A DNA stretch of 64,000 bases from the human T2T-CHM13v2.0 reference genome, Homo sapiens (GCF_009914755.1 NC_060925.1); one strand, 5' to 3'. Positions 1 through 15,140 are shown, counted from the stretch's first letter. Made by a program: numbers and translations. Notes: generated from the letters alone by a model not told the origin.

Positions 1-639
1 TTTCCAGCTACCCTTCACTTTGATTCTTCAAATAGTTACGTTCATTTTTGAAATTCAGGAGAAGGGAATTTGTTTTCATTCAGCAAGCATGTAGTGAGCA
101 CCTTCTCAGTGCTATATCTTTGTTTGGGTACTGGGAAAACCAGGATACATTTTCACAACTCCAATTTGCTCAGTCTTATGAAACACATATTAAGTACATA
201 ATTATAGTGTTGCATGTACAAAAATTGTACTATTTAAAGAAGAAATGTAGAGAAAATGGGAGCAGGATTTTCAGGGATCAGTACAAATTTAGCAGGCAGA
301 CCGGAGTGGGATAATGATATTCTAGGAGGACCCTACTGGTCAAAGAAAGATCACTTATACTTGTCTAAACATAAGATCAGAATTACCAGATTGTAGGGTG
401 CAGTAGGGAACTGGTGGGAGATGAGACTAGACAGGAAGAGAGTTAAGAGCCATGTAATGAAAGGCTTTGAATGTCCTGCTAAGGAGCTTGATCTTTGGCC
501 TATAGACAAATGTGAGCAATTAAGTAGGTAAGTGATGTGTTCAGAATTTAATTTTACCCTCATTACAGAGAACATGGACCTAATTTCTTTGTTCTTTCCC
601 ATTACTAGAATGGTAAATCACCAAGTTTATTATATCTAA

Positions 640-915
<276 letters not shown>

Positions 916-1174
916 TAAACTTTTTTGACCTTATTTCTAATCTGTAGCTTTTCTCTAGAGTGAATATGGGGAAAATAAATATAATTTCAAGACATTTGTT
1001 CAATTATGCAACAATTTTTCAAGGCTTTTCTCTGGGAGATCAAAACAGAAATGCTGGGTCGTGAGATTTAATTACTTTATTACAAGGGAGGAAAGTATTA
1101 AGTAATTTTACAAACAATTGTAATTATAAATTACAATATATACTATAACAAAGTATAAGGTATGCATGTGTGTA

Positions 1175-1258
1175 GGTAGGGGTATACGAGAAATCTCTGT
1201 ACCTTCTGATTAATTTTGCTGTGAATGTCTAACTGCTTGAAAAATTAAAATCTATTAA
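1175..1258 (+). mobile_element. Old L1M (L1MB/MC-type) 3' end fragment
   Basis: GGGGTATACGAGAAATCTCTGTACCTTCT...TTTTGCTGTGAA...AAAATCTATT resembles the L1M 3' UTR terminus. Confidence 0.6.
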
Positions 1259-1397
1259 TGGTATCAGAAAGAGGAAAGAAAGTATAGAGTGCTTTGAAAT
1301 AATGTAATAAGGGGAGCCCAGTTTAGTATTGGGCTGGAAGTACAGGTGGAAGAGGGAAGGAAGAATGCTACCATTCTTCAGATCGTAGCATAAAAAA

Positions 1398-1443
1398 AAA
1401 AAGACGCTTTTCATTTTAAACATAGCAGTACCAAGGCCCAATT
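1398..1443 (+). repeat. 46-bp dispersed direct repeat, copy 1 (partner at 3227-3272)
   Basis: AAAAAGACGCTTTTCATTTTAAACATAGCAGTACCAAGGCCCAATT; 42/46 identical to copy 2. Confidence 0.85.
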
Positions 1444-1586
1444 CATTGTGTATGGAAGAATATTAAAGGCAGAGGGAACAGCGTATGTGAATTCTGTGGG
1501 GTAGTGGGGAGTAAGGTGTGTTCAAGATTATGGGTTACTGTGGGAGATGGATTGACGTGGTGCAATACAAACTTAGAAGTGGGTAG

Positions 1587-1953
<367 letters not shown>

Positions 1954-2019
1954 CTATTAATTTAAAAAACATATGTGGTTTGTCTTTGAATTTGTTATTC
2001 AGTTCATTCTTGACAATTA

Positions 2020-2450
2020 AGATTACCACACTAGACTAGACAAAGATCACCAGAACAGAAATGAGAACCCAGAAATAGATTTGAGTATTAATGAGAAAAG
2101 GATGATTTATTTAAGAAACAGTTCTGGCTCAATTAGCTATTCATCTGGAAGAAAAGGGTGTTGGGTCTACACTTTGCTCTTTTACAAAAATAAATTTTGT
2201 ATGTATTGAAAATTTACCTTAAAAAATTTAAGTTTTACAGATTTTAGGAGAACACTTATATAATCTTGGACTGAGATAGATTTTTGAAATTAAGATTGGA
2301 AACAGAAAATCTATAGAGAAAAGTAGACACATTAGAACATAATTACGGTGCATATGACAGGTAGAGGGATTATATCCATGATTTGCAAAGAGTATTTTAC
2401 AAATTAGTAAGAAAAAGAAAAAAATAAGGTAGAACAAGGGGTAGGCTAGT
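2020..2450 (+). mobile_element. Degraded old L1M ORF2-region fragment
   Basis: A-rich, with motifs such as AGAACAGAAATGAGAACCCAGAAATAG and TTTTAGGAGAACACTTATATAATCTTGG typical of L1 ORF2 3' sequence. Confidence 0.55.
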
Positions 2451-2941
2451 GAGGACAAGGGAAGGAATCTTTGTATTGTTACCATGGTTGTAGTAAATAT
2501 ATGTTCATTTTGTAATTTTAGAAGATGAGTTAATGTTTTTAAAAGAATTAGCTATAGTAGTCGTTATTATACAAATGAATGGGAAGATTATAAATGAGTA
2601 ATACGATTGATTGCCCAGGAGTAATCAGAAATAGTTTGAGTATTAGCAAAATAAACTATTTTAATATCATCATTATTAACTTTTGGAAGGTATTTCATTG
2701 AGTAGTAAAATTATGGCACTTTTCCTTTGTTTGAAGATACTTGGCAATTAAAAAACAATTATTTGTGCTTAAACACATGTCAGTAATAGTGCTGTATTAC
2801 TGACCTAGAAATTTAATTGTTCCCTGCTCTTAAGGTTTCAGTATTAAATGTGGAAATTATTTAAGAGCAAACAAATTGATATTACTGCAGCTTCATAAAG
2901 AAGAATATCAAACTGTGGTCTCTGTTTTTTGTCTTTCAAAG

Positions 2942-3082
2942 CAAGAAGTGGTGGAGAAATATGAAATCTATGGAGACTCAGTTGACTGCCTGCCTTCATG
3001 TCAGTTGGAAGTGCAGTTATATCAAAAGAAAATACAGGACCTTTCAGATAATAGGGAAAAATTAGCCAGTATCTTAAAGGAG
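2942..3082 (+). CDS. NUF2: NUF2 internal coding exon (141 nt, phase 0-0), [47 protein letters not shown]
   Basis: Pyrimidine tract plus aaAG ending at 2941, donor GTTTGT at 3083. In frame with both flanking exons. Confidence 0.95.
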
Positions 3083-3226
3083 GTTTGTATTGTATGGAAT
3101 TTTGATGTCTTTATTATATAACAGCTTACTATAGTTCCTTGTATTTTGCTTTCACTTTTTGTTATGTTTTCCTAAAGAAAAACAGGGTCATTCTACAGTA
3201 TAATAGATGTGGCAATGTATGCTATG

Positions 3227-3272
3227 AAAAAGACACTTTTCTTTTTAAACATAGCAGTAGCAAGACCCAATT
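3227..3272 (+). repeat. 46-bp dispersed direct repeat, copy 2
   Basis: AAAAAGACACTTTTCTTTTTAAACATAGCAGTAGCAAGACCCAATT. Confidence 0.85.
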
Positions 3273-3340
3273 TTTAACCTTCTGATGAAATTAATAATAA
3301 CTAACCCATCACATTGCTGTGTATATTTTGGCAAATAGTA

Positions 3341-4312
3341 CAGTAGCTCCCCCTTATCCTTAGGGGATTCATTTCAGGACCTCCAGGGGATGCCTGAAAC
3401 TGTGGATAGTAACAAACCTTATATATATATATATGTTTTTTCCTTTATGTACATACCTATGATAAAGTTTAATTTAAAACTTAGGCACAGTAAGAGATTA
3501 ACAATAATTACTAATAAAGAACATTTATAGCAATATACTGTAATAAAAGTTATGTGAATGTGGTCTCTCTCTCAAAATATCTTATTGTACTAAAATCAAT
3601 AAGTTTAGTACAATGATGTGAGATGATAAAATGCCTACATAAAAAATTGAAGTGAGATATTGCTAGGCTACTGTTAATCTTCTGACCATACATCAGAGTA
3701 AGGATCATCTGCTTCAGGTGATCCTAGATCCTCAAGGCACTATGATGTCGACAGTTGGATGTTGATGACTAAAGAGCAAGTGGTGTATACAGCATGAATC
3801 TGCTGGGCAAAGGGATGATTCACTTCCAGGGTCAGGGCTGGGCATGGTGGCTCAAGCCTGTAATACCAGCACTTCGGAAGGCTGAGGTGGGAGGACCATT
3901 GAGACCAAGAGTTGGAGACCAGCTTGAACAACATAGCAAGATGCTATCTCTACAGAAAATTTTAAAAATTAGCCAGCTATAATGGTGTATGTCTGTAGTC
4001 CCAGCCACTTGGGAGTCTGAGGTGGGAGGATCACTTGAGTCAAGACTGCAGTGAGCTATGATCATGCCGCCACACTTCCAGTCTGAGTGACAGAGTGAAG
4101 CCCCATCTGAAAAGCACACACACACACACAAACATCCAGGGTGGAATGGAGTAGGATGGCGCAAGATTTAATCACACTACTTAGAACAGCACACAATTTA
4201 AAACTGATGAATTTTTTATTTCTGATACTTTCCATTTAATATTTTTAGACCACAGTTGACCAGGGGTAACTGTAACCATGGAAAGTGAAGCCATGGATAA
4301 GGGGAACTACTG
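3341..4312 (+). mobile_element. MER44/Tigger7-family DNA transposon interrupted by an AluJ
   Basis: TIRs CAGTAGCTCCCCCTTATCC ... GGATAAGGGGAACTACTG, with TA at the left end; internal sequence matches the recalled MER44 consensus. Confidence 0.8.
3836..4130 (+). mobile_element. AluJ with (CA)n-converted tail, nested in MER44
   Basis: Diverged Alu dimer with J-type GGAGGATCACTTGAG; TCCAGGGT is repeated on both flanks. Confidence 0.85.
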
Positions 4313-4986
4313 TCATGGGATTTTAAATTTGTTCTACCAGTTGGAAATGATCTTAGCATCAGAAAGTTCCAACTTAGTGCCCAACACTGTATCTAGGACC
4401 TATAGAGAGATTTAAAGTTTATTACATAGTCTGCCCTGAAGAAATGAGAGCTAAGGGCGGTTTCTCAGGCTACAAGCTTGAAAATCCTTTTTTGCTTCTT
4501 AACTTGATCATCTTCATCCAGGCTGCGCCTCCAGGATAACTAACATTACATTTGATAAACAATTTCTTTTTTGAGATAAGTAGGGATTAGAAGGTGAGAT
4601 TGCCCCAGGTATTCTTTCCCAACTACATAGTCCCCTCATCTGCCATTGTGTTACCCAAAAAAGATGTGTATCTACTGCTTTGAATTGTTTCTAGCACCTA
4701 CCCTTTTCCCTTTATTTGTACTACTTTAGTTCAGATCCTAACCCCTCAACTCTAGTCTCTTAGCTAATCTTAACATGTCTCCCTTTCAGTCTGTGCTGAT
4801 AGAAAACACCTCTCTAGTTGTCATGTCCTTTCTCAGTATCTCTGATGCCTCCTTGTTGTCTCTTCTGGTTCATCTGCATTTTTCTGCCGGACTTTCAGGC
4901 TTTAAAGAGTTTTGTCTCTTTTTAAATTTGTGTTTAATTATAGTTCATCCTAGAAAATATTCTTTCATTTTATTTCTAAATCCTAA

Positions 4987-5334
<348 letters not shown>

Positions 5335-6187
5335 TGACTAAAACAGATGAGTTAATTATAAAACTTATACTGCTAGTTCTAGATTTAGAGATGTCTTAGC
5401 TACTCTTTTCCTGGGTATACAGTTCCAATTCCTTTGCATCATTCTTCAGAAGGGTTCTGATGCTACTGATTATTTCATTGCACTTTAGAGATAGTGGTCT
5501 AGCTTGCATCAGAATTAACTAAATGGCCTATCTTATAGTCCAGCTTGTCTGTAGAGTTACAGCATTTGTGTTTTGAGAAAAAGTCATATATTCAGGTAAG
5601 AAGTAATACTTTCCTAAGTATGTAAGTATGTTTTTAGCTGGTACGTTAGGGTACTTTATTGGTAAAATACCCATCAGTTCTAAGAATGTGTTTTTAAAAT
5701 ACCTGCCCCAGATATGTCTATAATCTCATTCCTTCAGTTACTAAAAGGTGCGTCAGAGATCATCTGAGTATTTCCTTCATACTTCCTCTTGCAGATGAAA
5801 AAGGGCAGAACTTAAGGATTTTATGTTTGTTGCCAAACTGCCTTGTAGAAAAGTTAAACTGATTCACATTCCCACCAACAGTACCTAAGTGTGTACAACT
5901 GGGGAAATGTAACTTAAAAAATCTTCATTTTAAATATTGATTGATTGATTGATTTACTCATTCACTAACCCACCAATGAGGGAAAAAAAATCTCATTAAT
6001 ATATTGAGAGAAAGAGTTCACACTATGTTGTGATGTGATTATAGTACCACACTTTGGGGTTTTCATTCCTTTGCTTTTATATCTTGAGAAGAGTTTTAGG
6101 TTTGTCAAATACTGACACATGGTCACTTTGGAATCAAAACTAGAATTGTGTTTGCCTTTTTAGTTGCTGAAGAGGATTAAATATTAG

Positions 6188-6358
<171 letters not shown>

Positions 6359-7282
6359 TAAGAAGTTAATTTCAAATAATCTCTCATGTATTTGAGTTGT
6401 TAACTGCAACAAAACAGCTTACTTGGTCTCTGTGTAATGAGACTTTTAATGATACCTAAAATTATTTACTCTTTATTCTTGTTTTGAATATATTTACTGT
6501 AAAGCTTCATAAATAGTCCTAAGTTTAATGAGAACAGGCATCTTGTCTCCTACATTTTTATCTTTAAAAATGCTAGTACAGTGCTAAACATAAAATGTTT
6601 ACCTGTTTCTATTCTTTTAACTGCCAATGTCTCTAACAAGTAGTATATTCCTAATATATTTATTAAATATTTATTGTCTCCTTATCTTTTGAAGTTTGAT
6701 TTATGTCTTCAAGAGTGTTCTACCAGAACAATAGTTCAAACTGCTCTGCCAGAAATCACAAAAAATTGCTATTTATTATGCAAAATCCCTTAGCCTCTTT
6801 TTTTTTCATTCTTCACCTTGTTTACATTGACAACTTAGATCGAGGTTTCTAAAACCGCTGATACCTGATAAATAGTTAAACATTTGCTGCCATTACTTTC
6901 CGTCATCCACACCCAATTTGTAAAAATTCTTAATACTAACAGAGCCACAGTAGACAATTCCCTTATCTGTTCTCAGTACCTTATCCCCCAGAAAGATTAT
7001 GTTGTTAGCACTTGCACATGTGAGCATTATCTTAAGGCTACTTTAAAAGGAAGGAAAGGAAAGGTAGTGGAGTGAGGAAAGGAAGAGGGAAACTGGAAGG
7101 AAAAGAAATAAAATGGTTGGGATTTCACGTCCATGGTCTTCCCAATACCTGGCCTGCTCTTTTCTGTTTTTTGTTTTTTTTTTTCTATACCTCAACTACT
7201 TTTATTTTTCCTGCCTCTTAACTTGATATTCACCAAGAGTCAGTCTCTCTAGTATGGCAATTAGAAAGACTTAGCAGATATT

Positions 7283-7584
<302 letters not shown>

Positions 7585-9848
7585 TTAGCAGATATTTAAT
7601 CCTGCTTCTTAACCGAATCAAATCAATAAATATTTATGTGTTACTACATGGTCTAGGAACAGTTAGTGAACCAGTTACTAACAATTTAGTAACTAGTTAC
7701 TAACTCAAATTCGAGGCACCTTTGTCTATCAGTCATAAGAGATACCCATGCCTACCTTATATTACTTTGAGTTTTATGCATATATGTCTTGCCAGTTACA
7801 TTTTCCATTTCTTAACAGTAGCAATTGTCTATTGTTAACCTTAGCATATCATGTCAAACCATGCCTAGAATGGTGCCTTATGTGTAGTATGTTTTCCATA
7901 AATATTTATAAAATTGAAAGGTCATCTAGCATGGTGCTTCTTAAAACTAGCTGTGTATTCGAATTCAGTGAGGAATTTTAAGATGAACAAATCCTCACCC
8001 AAACACATTGATTAGCATCTCCAGCAATGGGGCCCATGAAATTGTGTTTTTTAATGTGGCATTTGAGACCCACTAATAGGCTTGGCTTAATTGTGTTCAA
8101 TGGTATAGAGTTTTCAATAGGTATGGCCACCCAAGCTGTTCTACTAGGGCAGCTTTAATTGTTAAAATTCTGTCTCTTATTTTGAGTTTAAAATATTTAT
8201 TTCTGTACTCTATAGTCAGCCCAGATCTTCTCTGTGGAGCAAATGTGTACCCTTTTCTGCTTAATAACCCTTCAGACATTTGAGGATAATGATCACGGTT
8301 TCTTTCAGCCTTCTCATATTCAGGATAATTAGTCCTAGTTTTCCACCATTCTTTATATAGCTTCATTTTCAGATTTATTACTATCCTATTTACTGTCATC
8401 TCTGTTTCCTATTTGTCATTATTCTGCTTAAGATTTACAACCCAGTGCTAAACACAGTCTTCCAAAATAATGATGTGACCAGCCAGACCCAAAACACATT
8501 TTTAGTGAAGCATAATATTGGGGTAGATTTTTAGCAGCAGCATCTTGCCCTTGACTTATATTGACCTTGTGATCAGTTAAAGGACTCCTGTCTTTTCCAC
8601 ATAAAGTTCTGCCTTGTTAAGAGTTTTTCACCATACTTTAGCACAACTGTTACTTTTAATTCAGAATTTTACTATTTTAGGTTTTATTTATTTCAACCTA
8701 GATTTCAAAATGTCAAGGTTAGTTTAAATCTATCATTCTGTCTTCCACCTTAACTATTTCTCATTGCTTAGTGTCACCTGCAGATTTGATCAGCATGCCT
8801 TTTTCTTCAAAATAAAAATGTTTACTAGAACAAGGTCCTTTGCTGCATTATAATTTTTTCATCCTAGAGGCGTAGAACTATTGATCAAAACTTTGGGTAC
8901 AATTCTTCAACTTGCTAAGTTGTTCTTACCTACCTTGATTCAGGCTACGTTGTGATATCTATTTGTTACACAAATGGGAAGGTCTCTAAATACTTTGGTA
9001 AAATCAAATACTTTTTGTCAAAGAACTCTTCTTAGCTTACTTTATAATCATCCTTCATGAAAAGAAAAAAGGATATGATTGCCAAATTGTTCTTTGTGCA
9101 GTTCTGTTGCATTTTGTGATCATCATAGTCTTTTTTCATTAAATGTTCTTTCCCATAGATAATTTATCTCTTCTAGTTTCAATTATTATCTTCATTTGGA
9201 TAGCTTTCAAAAATCTATGTTTCTTGTTCTGTCCACTCACAACAAAAATAATATTTTAAAATTACATTCAACATTTTCCCACATCTGACCTTTTCTTCAC
9301 TTTCTTTCCCTTTTCTTTTTCTCTCTTTTGCTCAACTTCTTCATAAATTTCTTTGTATTTCTCAATTGCATCATCATTTTCTATCACAAAGCATTGAAAT
9401 TTTGGACTTGCTTTAGATAATTCTGACATCCAGATAATCTCCAAGTTAATTTCATGATTGCTTTTACATGGTGGTACTCTTCATACATGTACATAGCCCT
9501 TCATACGTACAGCGCTCTTATTATTATACGTCTGTCACATAATTTTGTAGTAGTCATGGATTGCAGCAACATTTGCTAAGTTTCTTTGATTTTAGATTCT
9601 TCTGCATCAAATATGCCTTGAATACTAAGTACTACCACATTTATCCTGCTAAAATATTATTCTCAATACTACACTTTCTTGTTTAAAACAAGGGCCATTT
9701 TCCTTCAGTTCATTCATTCACCCAGTCAGTATTTCAACAAATGGCCAATGTATCTGCTAGGTGTCAGGCTTCACACTTGATTCAGAGAGTAAGTTGTGAA
9801 CAAGGCAGGAATGATTTCCACCTCTAGGACTTTCAAAATTTTCTGTCT

Positions 9849-10173
<325 letters not shown>

Positions 10174-10289
10174 TTAAGGTCCAGTAGAAACTATGTCTTC
10201 CACATAACTTTCTTTTACTTCTTTGAAGTATCTTTCTGTTCTCTCTCAAATACTATAGCACTCTCAGTCTATTCCAAATAATCTGGATG

Positions 10290-10410
10290 TGTGCTGTCCA
10301 GTGGGGAGCTATTAGTAATATGTGGCTATTTACATTTAAATTAATTACAGTGAAATAAAATAAAAAATTTTGTTCTTTATTTGCACTAGCTATATTTCAG
10401 GTGCTCGATG
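10290..10410. mobile_element. MER33-like hAT-Charlie fragment
   Basis: TGTGCTGTCCA...ATGTGGCTATTTACATTTAAATTAATTA...GCACTAGCTATATTTCAGGTGCTC. Confidence 0.6.
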
Positions 10411-10635
10411 TCCAAACTGGTCTGGTTATATGTTCATTTAGGAAAGAAACCATAATTGGTGTCTTTCATTGTACTATTGTACTATTTACAGTGCTACTTA
10501 TACAAAGTACCCAATAATATATTGGGTTGACTAATTTATACGTATGTGATAAATGGCTACACTGGCTGTAAGACTCCATGGATAGTGTATAGTCTTAAAT
10601 ATTTCTGATTTGAAAAGTGAGATAGTTATCTAGAC

Positions 10636-10848
10636 TGACACTGTCCAACAGAACTTTCTGCTGTAATGAGAATGTTCTTCTGTATTGCTCAATACTGTAG
10701 CCAGTAGGCACATGTGGCTATTGAGTCCTTGATGTGTGGCTGGTGCAACTGAGGAACTGAATTTTTAATTTCATTTGATTAAATTAAATTTTATTAAATT
10801 TAAATAGTAGCCACATGTGTCTAGTGGTTGCTATATTCGACAGTACAG
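10636..10848. mobile_element. MER3-like hAT-Charlie MITE
   Basis: CACTGTCCAACAGAACTTTCTG...CACATGTGGCTATTGAG...GCCACATGTGTCTAGTGG...GACAGTACAG. Confidence 0.7.
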
Positions 10849-12600
10849 AACTAGCCTTTGACTTTAAAAATATTTAACTTCAACGAGGCCATCACAGTAA
10901 AACTTATTATATGTGAATTAGGGTGGATTAATATAGTAAAATTCCACTTGGATGTAGAATTTAATCGAAAATGCTAAAATACATAGTATTTGTCAGGGAT
11001 ACGATCTGTCACCATTAAACATCTTGTGAGGGTTGGCTTAGAACTTCAAATGTTTTTGTCTCTGTGCCTGTGCCACTGGAATTGGGCCTTAATGTTTCAT
11101 TCACTTGTGGCTCTACTAGCAGGATTTTGCTCCTCCTTGAGAGTGTTACTTGTTCTCGGAAGGAAAGTATTCCTTTGGGTATTTTGAAATGGTTGGTTCA
11201 GATACATACAGATTGTATATCTTAATTTAGTCACACTTAGTTCTGATAGTTTCTCATAAGGAATATCTTCCTACCAAATTTATTCAGCTTTCTTTTTTGG
11301 AATGAATAAACATATACCCCTATAGAGCTAGAAAGTTAAATTGATTTATAGCTGCTGAATGTGCTGTTTTTTTATAATGGCGTTCACACAAGCTAGCAAC
11401 TAATTCACCTTATTTTTCCTACAAGATTTAAGAAATAAAGCCTTCAAAAATTTTGATTTATTTTCCTATTGGTTCATATTCTATCATAGTTGTAGTAATT
11501 TGATACCTGCTTAGATCTCAGAAATCTAAACACACTCTTCTATTTTTGTGTTAGGATTTAATAACTATGTTTGGATTTTTGGAGAATGTTTAGTCTTAAG
11601 CATATATTTACATTCACTTAATCTGTAGTAATAGTTCTCAAACTTGCATAGGTGGCAGAGTTGCTGGAAATAGGGTTCTTTTTCGGAATACTGTGAATTT
11701 ATACTATATCAAATTATAATCTATGTAATTTATTCAAAATCAGATCGTATCTCTGCTAGAATTTAAACTAAGGTAAGTAGTAGCCAAAATTTTAGGCTTA
11801 AGAAAAATTTAGTGGGAGAGACACTTAAAATTGAGAACATTGTATTCATTTACTGCTTTTCTTCCCCCACTGGAAAAAGATGACTGTTTTATTTCAGTGG
11901 CAAAACACATCCTGTAACCTTGTAAAATACCAATTTCTTGTGGTATTATGTATATTATAGTTTAAGAATTGTTTTGTCTAAGAGAAGTAAATAATGGAAG
12001 GAGGATCAATATTATATTTGACAAGTATGAAATAGAAGAAAATGTGTACACGCTAATTTTTTTCTTATTTAATCTATAAAAATTGTTGTTTTATTTTTTA
12101 AAATTCTTAGCACATCCATATAGGCTTGAACTATCTGATCAGTTTATTCAAACAACTCTACAAGGTATTAATATATTCTTCAGTCCTATAGATTACTTAT
12201 TAAATGTTTGCATACCTTTTAAATGATAATCAGGGTCAAATGCAGAGAGTATAGTTATCCACAGTAATGTAGTTATTTTCCATGTTTAACATGGAAAGCT
12301 CTAAAGTAAAATTTTTCCTTGATAATTATAAATATGTTTGTTCTTATTGTATTAGAATCCTAACCATTGTCTCATGTCGCTCCTTTGTTCCTTAAGTAGC
12401 AAACTTTTTTGATGTGTTTGTACAACTTACAGAATGAATTTTTAATTAAAGCAGACATAGACATGCACATTTGTGTGTGTGCATAAGAATTTAGGCTTTA
12501 AAATATTAATAAATATGAATAAACTTGGAATTCTTATAACTCATTTGTAGTTTAGGTTGTTGCATGGAATAATTATTATTCTGTTTCATTTTCTACTTAG

Positions 12601-12735
<135 letters not shown>

Positions 12736-13030
12736 TTAACAAAATTACATGTCTTTTTGTAAATGGCTTGCCATCTTTTAATTTTCTATTTAGAAAGAAA
12801 AGTTGAAGCGAATGGAAGTATCAGAAGTACCAAATAATGTTGGCTTCATCAGTTTTTATACACTCTCATAAGTAGTTAATAAGATGAATTTAATGTAGGC
12901 TTTTATTAATTTATAATTAAAATAACTTGTGCAGCTATTCATGTCTCTACTCTGCCCCTTGTTGTAAATAGTTTGAGTAAAACAAAACTAGTTACCTTTG
13001 AAATATATATATTTTTTTCTGTTACTATCA
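12736..13030 (+). other. NUF2: NUF2 3' UTR (approximate 3' end)
   Basis: AU-rich sequence after the stop codon, with variant poly(A) hexamers and a CA at 13029-13030 followed by GU-rich TGGCTGTTGTTTTGTTT. Confidence 0.7.
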
Positions 13031-13050
13031 TGGCTGTTGTTTTGTTTATT
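12916..13050 (+). terminator. Candidate tandem polyadenylation signals: ATTAAA 12916-12921, AGTAAA 12976-12981, AATATA 13002-13007, plus a downstream GU/U element
   Basis: Hexamers read directly from the sequence. AATATA lies ~22 nt upstream of the CA and GU-rich tract. Confidence 0.6.
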
Positions 13051-14659
13051 GACATAGAGTTGTGGCATTATTGAGTCCGGACTGTGCCCTCAGCATTGTG
13101 GTTGAGATCTCATTTGATCCTTACTTAAGCAATTCTAGGTAGATATTTTTATTACTACATAGATAAAGTAATTATAAAGGTCCTAAAAGATCAGATAGCT
13201 GAAGCAAAATTTGAACTGTACTGTCTATGATACTGAAGTCTACAATGTTTCAGTGTACCACAGTTTTCAATGTAGTTAATTGAAAGAGAAAGTTTGAGTT
13301 TAGTAGTCGATTTCTTCATTGATGCAACTGGCATTTTTTTTCAAGAAAAATGAGTTAATATGTATAAAGTGACTAAAACAGTGCCTGGCACATGGTAAAC
13401 ACTCGATAACTCTTATCTATTAGTATTTAAGGTCATGGAAGCTCCAGGTACTTTCCTCTTTGTCAGAGATAATAAAATGTTATTTTAGGGAGTGACCAGG
13501 CTTTCAATGAAAGGCAAAGCCCTGGAATGGAAGGAGCAGCAAAAGCTGGGTGTGCAGGGAAGAACAGATGAGGATACACAAATTGCGCTATTGCCTTGTC
13601 CCTTCCTAGCTTCTCTTTAAATATTCATGAGTTTTCATTCAGAGAAAAGGCTGCCTCTAAGGCAAGGTAACAGGTATAAACATCACCAAATCTCTCTCAT
13701 ATTTTAAAAAGTTTGACCCCTTGGACCTATCTCCACCTTTACTGCACTTTTTTTCACAACCAGTTTTCTAGAAAACCTAATCAATACTTGTGAATTAGTT
13801 TCATTCCTTGTTCATCACAGAATTGTTATTTCTATCCATACTAATCTTCTGAACTTTCTAAGGTCACCAAAAAATTCCTAGTTACCAAAATTTCATGCAT
13901 ACTTTTTAATCTTTCCTCAAATTCTACCTATCCAGTGCTTTTTTCATTTTGTCTCAGTAACACCACTCTGTTGGTTCTCCTAATTCCCTGTCTTCTTGTT
14001 AATTTTTCCACCCTAGAGCCTCATTCTGTTTTCACCTCTTGTGTTTTTGTTCTCTGTGCTTCCACCCTTGCCTCTTCTTACTGTAAACTCTATATTTCTC
14101 CTTGAAAACTTTTATCTACACCCACAGCTTCCAGCACAAGTTAAACACCTGTAAAACTTAACTACATTTATGTTTTTTTAATTAGATTTATCATATCCCC
14201 TGATTTTCAGACTTGCATATCCATTGGCCAGTAGGTGTATTTAACTTATTGGCATTCTGATGAAGCCTAATAATGGACCCTTTCAGAATAATGGGTTTAA
14301 TACATGATATAAAATAGAGGATAAAAAGGGAAACCAATTAGATTCAAATATGATTATCAAATATTTAAAAACATTATGGTTACTAGTATCACTAACTACA
14401 CTTGTGCCGTGTTGGAAAAAGGACTCAACCACTTTCTTATGCTACTATACCTCACTCCCTTATATCCATTTAGTTAGCAAGAACTACAGATTAATGTACC
14501 CAAATCTCCCTCTCACATCTCCTTTGCTTATGTTGCAATTTGCATCCTCATCATTACTGTACTTGCAATAATCTTACCAGGCTCCCAGTCTCTAACCCAC
14601 TTCTATAAAGGCATTCGAGTATTCCATCAAGCAAATTAGATAGTGTCTGTGATCTGTGC

Positions 14660-15140
14660 AGTTTTTTAGCTTTTCAAACTGTCCTGCCAGGGTGTATTAG
14701 CGAACTCACAGGGGAATCATGCAATGTTTTAAATTTCCAAAGGAAACAACAATATTTGATATTTGTGGGACACCGTCACAAACTACTAGTTCAAGGTCAT
14801 TCAGAATTCCAATGTTAAAGCATACTACATTCCTTTCAATGACATCATATCTTTGTGGAGCTGGGTTTGGCATTTGCTGAGATAAGCAAGTATCACATGA
14901 AAATCATAGAATAGGAAATGAAGATGACAATGTTCAATCTGATTCCAAGGTTTGAGTAGTTGTACAGTGCCCAATAGGCACAGATACCCAATTAGTAACT
15001 GGTTAAGAGTAAAATAAAGTAATAAAAATATTCTTTCAGTTTGTGTTTTATTTTAAAACATTCATTGTTAGGACATAAATGCTTATTATGTTTTCTGGAC
15101 CTAACTACTTAATAAACAGAACATTAAATATTTTTCTTGG
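14660..15140. mobile_element. hAT-Charlie DNA transposon (MER119-like)
   Basis: GCGAACTCACAGGGG...CATTCCTTTCAATGACATCATATCTTTG...ATCTGATTCCAAGGTTTGAG matches the recalled consensus. Confidence 0.6.
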
